Below are positions 9,096 through 18,185 of a DNA stretch of 64,000 bases, piece by piece. Each line of letters begins with the position of its first letter. The stretch's first letter is position 1. A model generated the notes under the pieces. It was not told where the DNA came from. It was given only the letters and a program-made list of their open reading frames with translations, and did not search any database. This DNA comes from a virus (taxonomy: Duplodnaviria > Caudoviricetes). A program made the position numbers and the translations under genes. The stretch lies in IMG/VR virus record IMGVR_UViG_3300034374_009547; one strand, written 5' to 3'.

Positions 9096-10523
9096 ATGAC
9101 AATTATACCAGGTGACGCATATAGAATTGATGTTGTAGGCGCTGATGAACAAGTTATCGTTGACAGCTGGACAAGCCAAGTTAAAGGCAATGTTGTAACA
9201 CGTGACGGTGTTTTACAAGTTGACACAACAAACGGAAAAATATATGGTCCATTAGTAGGAGATATTGAAGATATTTCCGGTAACACTATCTTTAATAACG
9301 ATCTACGTTTATTTACTACTGATATTAAAGGTGATGTACGTAACACAAATGGTAATATTGTTTTAAACAGCGAACAAGCACTACTGGTAGGCAACATGCA
9401 AGGTAATATGTATGACAGCGAAGGTGTTGTCATGATTAACCATACTACAAAATCAATAGATGCAACAACAATTGTAGCTGATAGTATTACTGGTACGTTT
9501 TACGGAACTCTTAACACAACAGGTACAATTAGAGGTAACTTAATTGGTAATGTTGTTGGCGATGTTACTGGAGAAGTTACTGGAAATACAACCGGACATC
9601 ACTTTGGTAATGTAGACGGTAATGTTACGGGTGATGTTACTGGTAACGTTACCGGAGATTTGTACGGACAAATTATGGCTGTACAAAGAGATGAAACAGA
9701 TCCAACCGTACTGATTGCTTACAACGAACATGCAGCTCATAGACAATGGGAAATGAGAGGCGGTATTTCTCATATTGATAATGCTGGAAAGGGACCTATT
9801 TTAGGAATTGGTGCTACACGCACAGATGCATATTTAAAAGCCGATATAGTTGCATATGATGGCACTCCACAGCTAACTTTAACACCAACAGAAGACTACG
9901 GTCTAGAAGCAGACATTGTAAAAAGTAATTACTTTGGTGCTGTACAAGGCAGGCTAATGGATGGAACAACTGACATTATGACATGGGTTGGTAGCACAAC
10001 TTCGATATATGCTAATAACGGTGTACTACAACTTGGTATGGATTACACAAGTGATATTGAGTTTAATGCAGAAAGTATTGTTAAAAACTTCAATATATCT
10101 GACGGAGATGCAACTGAATTAGTCAACGCTTTTAGAGGAACACCAGAAGCAAAAACAGCATTACAAACATCAGATCCAATGCTTATGGTTGCAGCTCTTG
10201 GTTATAATGGTGCAGGATTTGTTGATGCAGGACATTTTGGATTCTTTGTTGACAGAAACACTGCTCCTACTTCAACTGATAGTAGTGTAAAAACAGGGTT
10301 TAGTGTTGCACTAGGAACAGGATCTGCAACTCCTATAGCAAATCAAAGCATGAATTTAGAATTTAATAGTGCAGGTGTTTTAGAAGTTCCTGTTTTTAAA
10401 GCCCGTGGTACAAATTTTGCAGCAAGAGATAGTATGACTGCTGAAGCAGGAATGATTATTTTCAATACAAGTAATAATAAATTCCAAGGATACACAGGTT
10501 CTGCGTGGGTTGACTTACACTAA
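9096..10523 (+). CDS. Virion structural / fibre-like protein
   Basis: GNVTGDVTG-type repeats; C-terminal GMIIFNTSNNKFQGYTGSAWVDLH typical of phage fibre proteins; GGAGG RBS. Confidence 0.65.
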   Translation: MTIIPGDAYRIDVVGADEQVIVDSWTSQVKGNVVTRDGVLQVDTTNGKIYGPLVGDIEDISGNTIFNNDLRLFTTDIKGDVRNTNGNIVLNSEQALLVGNMQGNMYDSEGVVMINHTTKSIDATTIVADSITGTFYGTLNTTGTIRGNLIGNVVGDVTGEVTGNTTGHHFGNVDGNVTGDVTGNVTGDLYGQIMAVQRDETDPTVLIAYNEHAAHRQWEMRGGISHIDNAGKGPILGIGATRTDAYLKADIVAYDGTPQLTLTPTEDYGLEADIVKSNYFGAVQGRLMDGTTDIMTWVGSTTSIYANNGVLQLGMDYTSDIEFNAESIVKNFNISDGDATELVNAFRGTPEAKTALQTSDPMLMVAALGYNGAGFVDAGHFGFFVDRNTAPTSTDSSVKTGFSVALGTGSATPIANQSMNLEFNSAGVLEVPVFKARGTNFAARDSMTAEAGMIIFNTSNNKFQGYTGSAWVDLH

Positions 10524-10537
10524 AATTGTGTTATAAT
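10510..10537 (+). promoter_or_regulatory. Sigma70-type promoter with extended -10, likely leaderless
   Basis: TTGACT (10510-10515), 16-nt spacer, TGnTATAAT (TATAAT at 10532-10537), ATG at 10543. Confidence 0.75.
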
Positions 10538-10542
10538 AAAGC

Positions 10543-11604
10543 ATGAAAATTTACATAGATGGTGAACAAATCTCTGAACAATGGATTAGCGATTATACAC
10601 TGAGCAATCCTGTAGATTGTTTTAGTGATAAGCCTGACTGGGAACAGAATGTATTAAAACTACTACACAACTGGTACTGGCAAAGTGGATATAGTTATGG
10701 CTATAGAGGCGATAAATTTTTAAATCTAAGTACAAGTGGCACTACAGGATTTCCACAACATATCGGTCATAGTAAAGAAACTATTGAGCAAGCAGTAAAT
10801 GCAAATATAAAAATTTTAAATTTAGAAAAAAATAGTAAAATACTTAGTTACTATTCACCTCGTGGTATTGCATTCAGTGTATTAAGTGTATATCTCGCTC
10901 TTAAATTAAATTGTGAACTTTACATTGAAACTTTTAAAGGAATTGATTATGTAAATCGTATACATGATATCCGTCCTACACATACGCTGTTGTTACCTAA
11001 TGTTTGGAAAACTTTATACAAACACAAAAAATGGCAGACATTAGATTACAGCAGTGTAAACACACTTATTACAGGAAGTGATTTTACACCAATAGGAATG
11101 CTAGACGAATTACGTGAACATGGCCCAAATAAAGTTTACAATGTGTATGGTAGCACAGAAGTACCTCCTATTGTTTTATACAGCGAAGAAGAAAATACTT
11201 ATACAGCAGAAAGTATTGCACCAGGTGCAGAACTAGATATTGTAAATAATCAAATATGCTGTAAATGGAGTAGTCAACCTAATATATGGGTAAGTGGTGA
11301 TTGTGTACAAGGTGATAGAAATCGTTTTACACTTAACGGACGAATGCCAAATATGTTTAAGCAAGATACAATTAGAGTGTATCCAGAACAAATAGAAAAA
11401 GCAGCAGTAGCAGCAGGCGCAGAACTTGCATTATGTCGGCAAGTAGGAAATCAATGCGTGGTCCATTACACCGGACATATAAAATATATGGCGGAATTTG
11501 TAGAAGAATTTAGATATATTCCTCGCTTTAGATTGCGAGCAGTAAATGAAATAAAAATTGACGATAACTTGAAAAAGATTATAAGGACACAAACTTTTGT
11601 ATAG
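10543..11604 (+). CDS. Adenylate-forming (ANL superfamily, acyl-CoA ligase-like) enzyme, compact
   Basis: STSGTTGFPQ P-loop, VYGSTE, SGD, GR..VYPEQIE, C-terminal KKIIR. Confidence 0.8.
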   Translation: MKIYIDGEQISEQWISDYTLSNPVDCFSDKPDWEQNVLKLLHNWYWQSGYSYGYRGDKFLNLSTSGTTGFPQHIGHSKETIEQAVNANIKILNLEKNSKILSYYSPRGIAFSVLSVYLALKLNCELYIETFKGIDYVNRIHDIRPTHTLLLPNVWKTLYKHKKWQTLDYSSVNTLITGSDFTPIGMLDELREHGPNKVYNVYGSTEVPPIVLYSEEENTYTAESIAPGAELDIVNNQICCKWSSQPNIWVSGDCVQGDRNRFTLNGRMPNMFKQDTIRVYPEQIEKAAVAAGAELALCRQVGNQCVVHYTGHIKYMAEFVEEFRYIPRFRLRAVNEIKIDDNLKKIIRTQTFV

Positions 11605-12211
11605 ACTAGAAATATACAACGGCACACAGGATTTGACAGAGTTTTATGCTGGCGCAGAAGCAAAAGGTTTTTACAATAATCATAATAAAACGGTACTTAT
11701 TGACTACATTGACAAACACGAAGATGCTACACTATTTTTAATGTATTACAAAGATAAAGTAGTTGGAACAAGTATAAGTCATAGTCTACGACAATTGGGT
11801 ATATTAGGAAAAAACGCACATCGTATTAGTGCAAGGACCTGCGTATTAAATGATTTAATCGATGGCAATCGTGCTCATGCTGTGCATAACTATCGACACT
11901 CGCCAATGAATCATTGGACTAGTCAAATGCTGACTCCAGTTTGTATGCATTACGTAGGATTAGAAAAACCTATGTATATTAGCACAAACACAAACGAAGT
12001 TGGAAGCCAAAACAAAGTACATCGCATTTGGGCTAAAATAATGCACAATCAAGGATATTTAAAAGACCCTATTGAACTAGAATACAAAGGCACTTTCCAA
12101 ACATTTTGGCGTGTAGATGTAGATTTTTATATTAAAAAACTAAAAGAAAATATGTGGCCTGAAACAGAACTTGCACTAAACGTATTTCTTGCAGAGTTCA
12201 AAAAAGTCTGA
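11597..12211 (+). CDS. Hypothetical protein, possibly GNAT-fold acyltransferase
   Basis: Beta-strand pattern LFLMYYKDKVVGTS..RISARTCVL resembles the GNAT core; overlaps the ligase stop. The function is inferred. Confidence 0.4.
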   Translation: MYRLEIYNGTQDLTEFYAGAEAKGFYNNHNKTVLIDYIDKHEDATLFLMYYKDKVVGTSISHSLRQLGILGKNAHRISARTCVLNDLIDGNRAHAVHNYRHSPMNHWTSQMLTPVCMHYVGLEKPMYISTNTNEVGSQNKVHRIWAKIMHNQGYLKDPIELEYKGTFQTFWRVDVDFYIKKLKENMWPETELALNVFLAEFKKV

Positions 12212-13549
12212 CATTTCTGGAAACACTTCTTCGTGATTGACTCCACGTCTACGACCTTGTTCTGCAAAAAAGTTGTGAAAGTCTTTACGTCCTTGAATAA
12301 TTTTATCTAATGGATATTCAGTTGTTTCCATATAGTCAACAACACGTCTAAACTTTTCATACTCAATTGTACTAAATGCATCTTTACGATTATCATCTAC
12401 ATTTTCTTTTATAAATTGCAAATGATCACGCATATAACTCATGTAGTTATTAGGCAAAATGTTAATATCATATTGTAACGGCTCTTTAAGATGTGGTGTA
12501 TCAAAACCTAACCGCTGCCATCTGTGTGTTTCTACATCATTATATTTTTTACGCCATTCTAATATTTTTTCTAGTAGTGTGCGAAATGTTGTTACACTGA
12601 AAATGTTGAACGTAATCATTAGTACCATTGGTGCTTGACAATTACGCATAAAATAATCCAAGTTACGTTCAAACACTTCAATGTCTAATCCGTCTCGTAT
12701 GTATTCTGCACGTTTGCCCCAAGTGTCAATACTAGTAAACATTTTAAAGCGTCTAATCTTGTTGTTTGTTAACAAATCATTTACACGGTTTGTAAACTTT
12801 TCTAACTGCTTTGGTTTTCCACCTAAATTGCTGTTGCAATTAAGCTCTAAGTCAGGCTTAGGATCAGCATCAAGCATATCAAACAACCGGTATGTGCTTT
12901 GTTGTATAGTAGGTTCTCCACCAGTAATACGCAGTATGTGCAGTTCTTTACTAAGCTCGGGCCACCATCGCCAAAATGCATCTAAATAAGGATTGTTTTC
13001 TTCTTCAAATATTTGAAACCAATCAATATCACATCTGTGATTTTTTACATTTGTGTACGGGCCATGTTGTTTAATTTCTTGATAGTATCTGCTGCTGGCT
13101 TTAGGATGACAATAACCGCAACGGAAGTTACACTCGTTGCCAAATGATACTTCTAAGTATTCTGGATTTACGTCAAACTCTGCACCGCCTTCTTTTACTG
13201 CTGCTAATCTATGTTTGAAGAAAATAGTTTGGTTACGCTGTTTCCTATCACTAACATAATCTTTGCCAAGTGCTTCAATTTTCCAGCAATAGTTGCAACC
13301 ACTAGGCTGTTCGCCACGCATCATAGCAGCACGTTCTTGTTTCTTTTGTGCTGTGTTGTGTATTGCACTTGGATTTTCTAATAATGGTGCTGTGTCAATT
13401 TTATGGGGAGCAGGATGATAACAACTATGTGTTTCACCTGTTTGAAAATATATGTTGGCATGATACCATTTTGCAAAACAAAACGTTGGTGATATTTCTT
13501 GTGTTATACCATCGATGCGTTTAATTTCTTCGCTTTCGCTACGCTCCAT
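12176..13549 (-). CDS. Radical SAM protein with N-terminal twitch-like domain (type B)
   Basis: FCFAKW..SCYH..CNYCW; CNFRCGYC; ITGGEP; CNSN; FTSID. Confidence 0.92.
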   Translation of the reverse strand: MERSESEEIKRIDGITQEISPTFCFAKWYHANIYFQTGETHSCYHPAPHKIDTAPLLENPSAIHNTAQKKQERAAMMRGEQPSGCNYCWKIEALGKDYVSDRKQRNQTIFFKHRLAAVKEGGAEFDVNPEYLEVSFGNECNFRCGYCHPKASSRYYQEIKQHGPYTNVKNHRCDIDWFQIFEEENNPYLDAFWRWWPELSKELHILRITGGEPTIQQSTYRLFDMLDADPKPDLELNCNSNLGGKPKQLEKFTNRVNDLLTNNKIRRFKMFTSIDTWGKRAEYIRDGLDIEVFERNLDYFMRNCQAPMVLMITFNIFSVTTFRTLLEKILEWRKKYNDVETHRWQRLGFDTPHLKEPLQYDINILPNNYMSYMRDHLQFIKENVDDNRKDAFSTIEYEKFRRVVDYMETTEYPLDKIIQGRKDFHNFFAEQGRRRGVNHEEVFPEMSDFFELCKKYV

Positions 13550-14475
13550 TATTGCTCTCTATCTAAAAAGTTTTGACCTTTTGATCTATCTGGATTAATA
13601 TATACCGTTTTGAAGAAACGACTTTGATTACCATTTAATGGCTCAGCTGCAATTGGCAAATCAAGTTCTTCAATCAAACTATAACCAAGCGATAATGTAT
13701 TATCTTCCATTTCGTCTTCGTTGAGATCTTTGCTATTCCAATATTCATTTAACCATTCAAAGTCACGTACATTAACAAAATCCCAATCAGTACACATTGT
13801 TTTGTACAATCCTTCACGTGCGCCGTAGATAGCCCAATCGCCGTTTTCTACATCAGCACCAACCATTAACCACACATACAGACGATGTAAATTTTTCCAA
13901 TGATTTAATCTAAAATTTTCTAGTGTTGGACGTATACCTCTGTCCAATGCCATTTTTACACCTTCGCGGAAACCTGCCCGCCACGCTTGTTGGGGTGTAG
14001 CGTTATTATAAATTGTGCTAAATGCACCTTCCATTTGTACATATTCTGTATCCCAACAAAAGTCAACTTGTGCATGTGGATTATCAGGATCTGCATTTTC
14101 GTGTGTACGCATATTTAAAACATGCATTTTAGGCCAACATTTAAGTCCGCCGTTTCCATACATTAATCCATTAATTTTGTTTTTTGCTTTCCAACTAATA
14201 ACTTTGTTACTTAAATCAGCATTAACATCAAAATTAATAACTTGTTGTAAAAACTCATCATTAATTTTATTGTCACCATCGACGGTTATAAATCTATCAG
14301 TTTCGCTTAATTCTGCACATGCTTTATGTGCAGCATCACTACCTTTTACACCGTGAACACGTTTTGCCCACGGAACTTTTCTACATAAATCAGAATAATT
14401 TTCTTCTGCATTAGGTTCATCATAACTTAAATAAATGATATCATAATCAACAACTCTAAAAACATTATCCATCAA
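13549..14475 (-). CDS. GT-A-like glycosyltransferase
   Basis: IIYLSYDEPNA, RVHGVKGSDAAH, FITVDGDN (DxD). Paralog of 7965..9023. Confidence 0.65.
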   Translation of the reverse strand: MMDNVFRVVDYDIIYLSYDEPNAEENYSDLCRKVPWAKRVHGVKGSDAAHKACAELSETDRFITVDGDNKINDEFLQQVINFDVNADLSNKVISWKAKNKINGLMYGNGGLKCWPKMHVLNMRTHENADPDNPHAQVDFCWDTEYVQMEGAFSTIYNNATPQQAWRAGFREGVKMALDRGIRPTLENFRLNHWKNLHRLYVWLMVGADVENGDWAIYGAREGLYKTMCTDWDFVNVRDFEWLNEYWNSKDLNEDEMEDNTLSLGYSLIEELDLPIAAEPLNGNQSRFFKTVYINPDRSKGQNFLDREQ

Positions 14476-15019
14476 CTACCTCATATCCATAAGAATGAAA
14501 CTTTTTAGTAGTATAGATTGAAAATGGGTTATCGTCAAGTTCAAAATCGTATGCAAACGGAATAGTTTTTGTTTCAAATTGTATCATTCTATATAGAATA
14601 TTAGGATCACCTTTTTTTGTTATACTATAAAAGTGTTTACTTGTATCAACAGGTATATTTTTTTCAAGCATTTGTGTTTCAAATTCTTTATCAATCTCTA
14701 ATACCCATTGATAATTTGATTTATCTTGAATAATTTTTATTTGAGGATTTTCGACATTTGTTTCAATTTCAAACAAAAAAGAATTAACATGACTTTCTTC
14801 TTGTAATTGTGTTTGATTTTTTAACACAAACTTTTTTTCTAAAAAATCATATTGTACTTTATGACTTGCAAATGAATATTTTCCTGAAAGTAAATCTTTT
14901 ACGTCATCAATGTTTACTTCTATAGTATTTGAATCTTGCACAATTTTTTTACCAATTGATAAAATATTGCCATCGTTATCAAAAGATATCATTCTAGTTT
15001 TTTTAACTTTTAAGTCCAT
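14465..15019 (-). CDS. Hypothetical protein
   Basis: Operon-packed ORF; no recognised motif. Confidence 0.75.
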   Translation of the reverse strand: MDLKVKKTRMISFDNDGNILSIGKKIVQDSNTIEVNIDDVKDLLSGKYSFASHKVQYDFLEKKFVLKNQTQLQEESHVNSFLFEIETNVENPQIKIIQDKSNYQWVLEIDKEFETQMLEKNIPVDTSKHFYSITKKGDPNILYRMIQFETKTIPFAYDFELDDNPFSIYTTKKFHSYGYEVVDG

Positions 15020-15020
15020 G

Positions 15021-15866
15021 TTAGATTCCTAATAGTTTTTCGTACTTTTTTATAATATCGTCTGTTACAAAATCATCTTCAGTATAATGAAACACACCAC
15101 TTTGACGATAGTTACCAATTGTTAATTTACAATTTTCATCTAAATACACACCTACACGAGATTGCCAGTTGTCTGAAAAATTCTTGTTCCAATTTTGCAC
15201 TTTAGGTTTCATGTGTGTAAAGCTAGGATATTGTGTTTTGCTGTTGGTAATAATATTTTCTACATCCATAATTTTTGCAGCAATAGATGCATTCAAATCC
15301 ATACTGCACCATCTTTGTATTTTTTTACCATTTGCTACTGATTTATAAAATGTCATCCAATTATTATTAATCATTTCTAACCATGTATAAAACTCATGTG
15401 CTAAGTCTGACTTTTTAAAGTAATGTAATCCACAATACAAATTAGGCAAATTATATGTATCCCAACTACGTCTGTAATAATTACTTGTTACTTTATCTCC
15501 TCTGTATGTATAAACATTACTAGTAAAAAATAAATCATAATTGTTTAAAAAATCAAACCAATCGCTCATATCTTCTAATACAAGCATATCAGTATCCATT
15601 ACTATAGTTTCAGTATAAGGAATAGCATGATATATTTTCCATCTATTGCTGATTTTCCAATCTTCATCCGCAGCATGATCTCCCCAAGGTATTTCAACTA
15701 CGTGATCAAAAAGATCTTTGTATTTGTTTGGTACTTGATCATTTGTAATAAGACAGATACTTGCGTTACTATTTGTAGTTTTAATACTCATAGCAGCAAG
15801 ACATGCTTGTTGAACATAATCTGTTGTAGAATTTTGTGCCAACATTGTAAAGTTATTCGTTGTCAA
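15021..15866 (-). CDS. Glycosyltransferase family 8-like protein
   Basis: LAAMSIK..ICLIT, FDHVVEI, K..IYHAIPYTETIVMDTDMLV (DxD), CGLHYFKK, FHY. Confidence 0.75.
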   Translation of the reverse strand: MTTNNFTMLAQNSTTDYVQQACLAAMSIKTTNSNASICLITNDQVPNKYKDLFDHVVEIPWGDHAADEDWKISNRWKIYHAIPYTETIVMDTDMLVLEDMSDWFDFLNNYDLFFTSNVYTYRGDKVTSNYYRRSWDTYNLPNLYCGLHYFKKSDLAHEFYTWLEMINNNWMTFYKSVANGKKIQRWCSMDLNASIAAKIMDVENIITNSKTQYPSFTHMKPKVQNWNKNFSDNWQSRVGVYLDENCKLTIGNYRQSGVFHYTEDDFVTDDIIKKYEKLLGI

Positions 15867-16692
15867 TGATTCTCTCCAAACTAAATTTGTTCATAATATG
15901 CACGTTTGATCCTTTCATCCGCACTCCTGTGTACTCGCCAAACCGATTTGTTTTTTGAACTAATACTTTAATTTCGTCATCTTTAATATCAAGTGCAACA
16001 TCTTTACCAATTGTATAATATTTTTTGCCTGGTAACTTTCCTACAAAATTGCCTGCTTGATATCCGTTCATAATATGTGCTGCAATACTAAATGCAAAAT
16101 CATTTCTAAACACACTACTAGTAAACTGATATACATTTCTATAGTGCCAGTAATTTTCTTCTATGTGTTTAACTAGATCAAAAAATATTTTTGTTTCTTT
16201 GGTTTTTCTAAAAAAGCAAACCGTTGCCCAATAAAAATCTACACTTGTGTCACTGATGTGTTGAAACTCTGGAGTTTTATCATGAATACCTAAATGTGTT
16301 GCATCTTTATACAACATTAGATCTTTGTGTTGTGTAAAACAATTATTCAAAATATCGTTTGATATAATGTAGTCAGTATCCATAATAATTGTTTGATCAT
16401 ATGGAGTTAAATCATATGCAGATGCTCGGTGTTTATTATGAAATGGTAAAACTTGATTATGTAAGTCTCCGTCATAATGTCTACGACTAGAGCTGTTTTG
16501 CTTTAGCATTGCAAAAACAATGTTATCAAAATTTTCTACATATTCGGGATATTTTTCTTTTACTTTTACATCTGTAACTAAAGTTACTGGTAAATCCATA
16601 TATTTTTTTATTCGTTTGGCAAGAAAATTTGCTTGTTTAACATAGTTCATAGACTGGTTATTACTTGCAAATAATAGTACACCTTTTGTCAT
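15853..16692 (-). CDS. Glycosyltransferase family 8-like protein
   Basis: PVTLVTD, YDLTPYDQTIIMDTDYI (DxD), FRNDFAFSIA. Paralog of 15021..15866. Confidence 0.75.
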   Translation of the reverse strand: MTKGVLLFASNNQSMNYVKQANFLAKRIKKYMDLPVTLVTDVKVKEKYPEYVENFDNIVFAMLKQNSSSRRHYDGDLHNQVLPFHNKHRASAYDLTPYDQTIIMDTDYIISNDILNNCFTQHKDLMLYKDATHLGIHDKTPEFQHISDTSVDFYWATVCFFRKTKETKIFFDLVKHIEENYWHYRNVYQFTSSVFRNDFAFSIAAHIMNGYQAGNFVGKLPGKKYYTIGKDVALDIKDDEIKVLVQKTNRFGEYTGVRMKGSNVHIMNKFSLERIIDNE

Positions 16693-17036
16693 AGATTCAT
16701 AATACTTTCTACTGATCTATTATTTTTTAGTTCGTTATATCCAAACAAGTATTCATTTGATGCTTCAAAGTATTTTGAATATACTTCAGTATTAAATTTT
16801 TCTAAATCTTCAACAACAATAGGAATATCGTTGTCATCTACTAAAATAGTGGTATCAACATTCATTGCTGTTAAACTTTGGCAAAAACTAATCAAATCAT
16901 GTGTGATAGAAAATTGTCCGCCATTGTAGTAATATACTAAATTTTCTTTATACTTTTCATTTAGTAATCTTTTTTGATTGTTTAATGTAACCATATAGTT
17001 ACTGATATCGAGTGCTTTTTCGAGACGTTCGTCCAT
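16689..17036 (-). CDS. Hypothetical protein
   Basis: AGGAGG RBS and a sigma70 promoter upstream; first gene of the GT operon. Confidence 0.85.
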   Translation of the reverse strand: MDERLEKALDISNYMVTLNNQKRLLNEKYKENLVYYYNGGQFSITHDLISFCQSLTAMNVDTTILVDDNDIPIVVEDLEKFNTEVYSKYFEASNEYLFGYNELKNNRSVESIMNL

Positions 17037-17058
17037 AGAATCCTCCTACTATGGTTAA

Positions 17059-17087
17059 ATTATAACTAATTTTTATGTTGTTGTCAA
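17059..17087 (-). promoter_or_regulatory. Sigma70-type promoter
   Basis: TTGACA (17087-17082), 17 nt, TATAAT (17064-17059). Confidence 0.85.
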
Positions 17088-17088
17088 C

Positions 17089-18132
17089 TTATAAATTACT
17101 TACAACGGTGCCTGTAGGTGGTGATTGAGTAATAGCATCATATGTTATGCTATTGTAACTAAAATCACTATCAGGTGTGTATGTATATAAATTGCTTGTA
17201 ATTGATGCTGTTACTGATTCGTCGATTGGATCAATGCCTGATGTACCTGTATCTCCGTCATCAAATTCTATTTCAAAATTTAATTGTGTAGTGCTACTAA
17301 ATGCACCATTTGTCCATGCATAAATTCTTGTATAGTTGTCGTTATAGATAGAACCGCCGCCTTGTTTTTCAAATATCAAAGTTTTACTGGCTTTTGCATC
17401 TGCTATATTAGCACCGCTAAATCCGGTTCCAGTGCCGCCAACTGATTCACTTCTCCATGTTGTATTTGCTATTCTACCAAATCTAATTGTGCCCATGTCT
17501 GTATACATTTGTGCCCAGTTATAATCTTTTGTACCAGCTGTACCAGTAGTACCACCTGTTGCACTTGCGTCAAATCTAATTTCTCCGCCTGCTGCAAGAA
17601 AATACAAAAGAGCATTGTGACTAGAAAAGTTTACAGAAACTTCATGTCGAATAATTTTAACTGCATCACTTGCACCTCCCCAACTGGTGCTTCTAGTAGA
17701 AGATGTACTTGCGGCGCCTGTTGTTAATAAGCCTGCTGTTGTAAAACTTGTTGAACTAAAATCAGTAGTAGCATGATTAAATCCTAAAATAGCAGTACCA
17801 ATAGTGTTAAAATCTGTTATTTCTTGAATATCAACAGGATCTACGCCTTGTTCAAATGCTGTTGGATCAATAGTAGCGTTTACACTTCCAAAAATATGTA
17901 CATGAGCTGCTTGTAAATCTTTCCATAAATCAAAGTATTGTTGTTCAGTTACGGTATCACTTACACCAGGGGTGTTACCACCAACAACTAGTCCACTTGT
18001 AAAATTTCTTCCATAACCACTAGATGTGGTACTTGTTGCAATACTATGATCGGCCCATACACCAAAATTGCCTACTCTTTGAGCAATTGATTGTCTAACA
18101 TTATTGTATTCACTAGCAGCTATTAGTGGCAT
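17089..18132 (-). CDS. Putative virion structural (fibre/baseplate-associated) protein
   Basis: Thr/Gly/Ser-rich; paralog of 18186..19100 (shared V.FSS..FF.AGG.I.F.A and K..NW motifs). Confidence 0.6.
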   Translation of the reverse strand: MPLIAASEYNNVRQSIAQRVGNFGVWADHSIATSTTSSGYGRNFTSGLVVGGNTPGVSDTVTEQQYFDLWKDLQAAHVHIFGSVNATIDPTAFEQGVDPVDIQEITDFNTIGTAILGFNHATTDFSSTSFTTAGLLTTGAASTSSTRSTSWGGASDAVKIIRHEVSVNFSSHNALLYFLAAGGEIRFDASATGGTTGTAGTKDYNWAQMYTDMGTIRFGRIANTTWRSESVGGTGTGFSGANIADAKASKTLIFEKQGGGSIYNDNYTRIYAWTNGAFSSTTQLNFEIEFDDGDTGTSGIDPIDESVTASITSNLYTYTPDSDFSYNSITYDAITQSPPTGTVVSNL

Positions 18133-18152
18133 AAAATACTCCCTTTTAATCT

Positions 18153-18181
18153 ACTATAATATATAGTTTTCCATTTGTCAA
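18153..18181 (-). promoter_or_regulatory. Sigma70-type promoter
   Basis: TTGACA (18181-18176), 17 nt, TATAGT (18158-18153); GGAG RBS before 18132. Confidence 0.7.
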
Positions 18182-18185
18182 GCCT

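Noticed and set aside
9024-9179. 52-aa N-terminal extension of the 7965..9179 ORF
   Set aside because: It overlaps the divergent gene at 9096 and the promoter region. The true start is most likely ATG 9023, just after TATAAT.
9540-9665. GTTAC(T/G)GG nucleotide repeats as a possible DGR or CRISPR-like repeat
   Set aside because: Explained by the encoded GxVTG peptide repeat. There is no reverse transcriptase or TR/VR pair in the window.
1-17036. Bacterial chromosomal biosynthetic cluster (host contamination or prophage flank)
   Set aside because: Same AT-richness and tight packing as the phage genes, an embedded late-type structural gene, and seamless continuity with the tail operon. No integrase, att site or host housekeeping genes.
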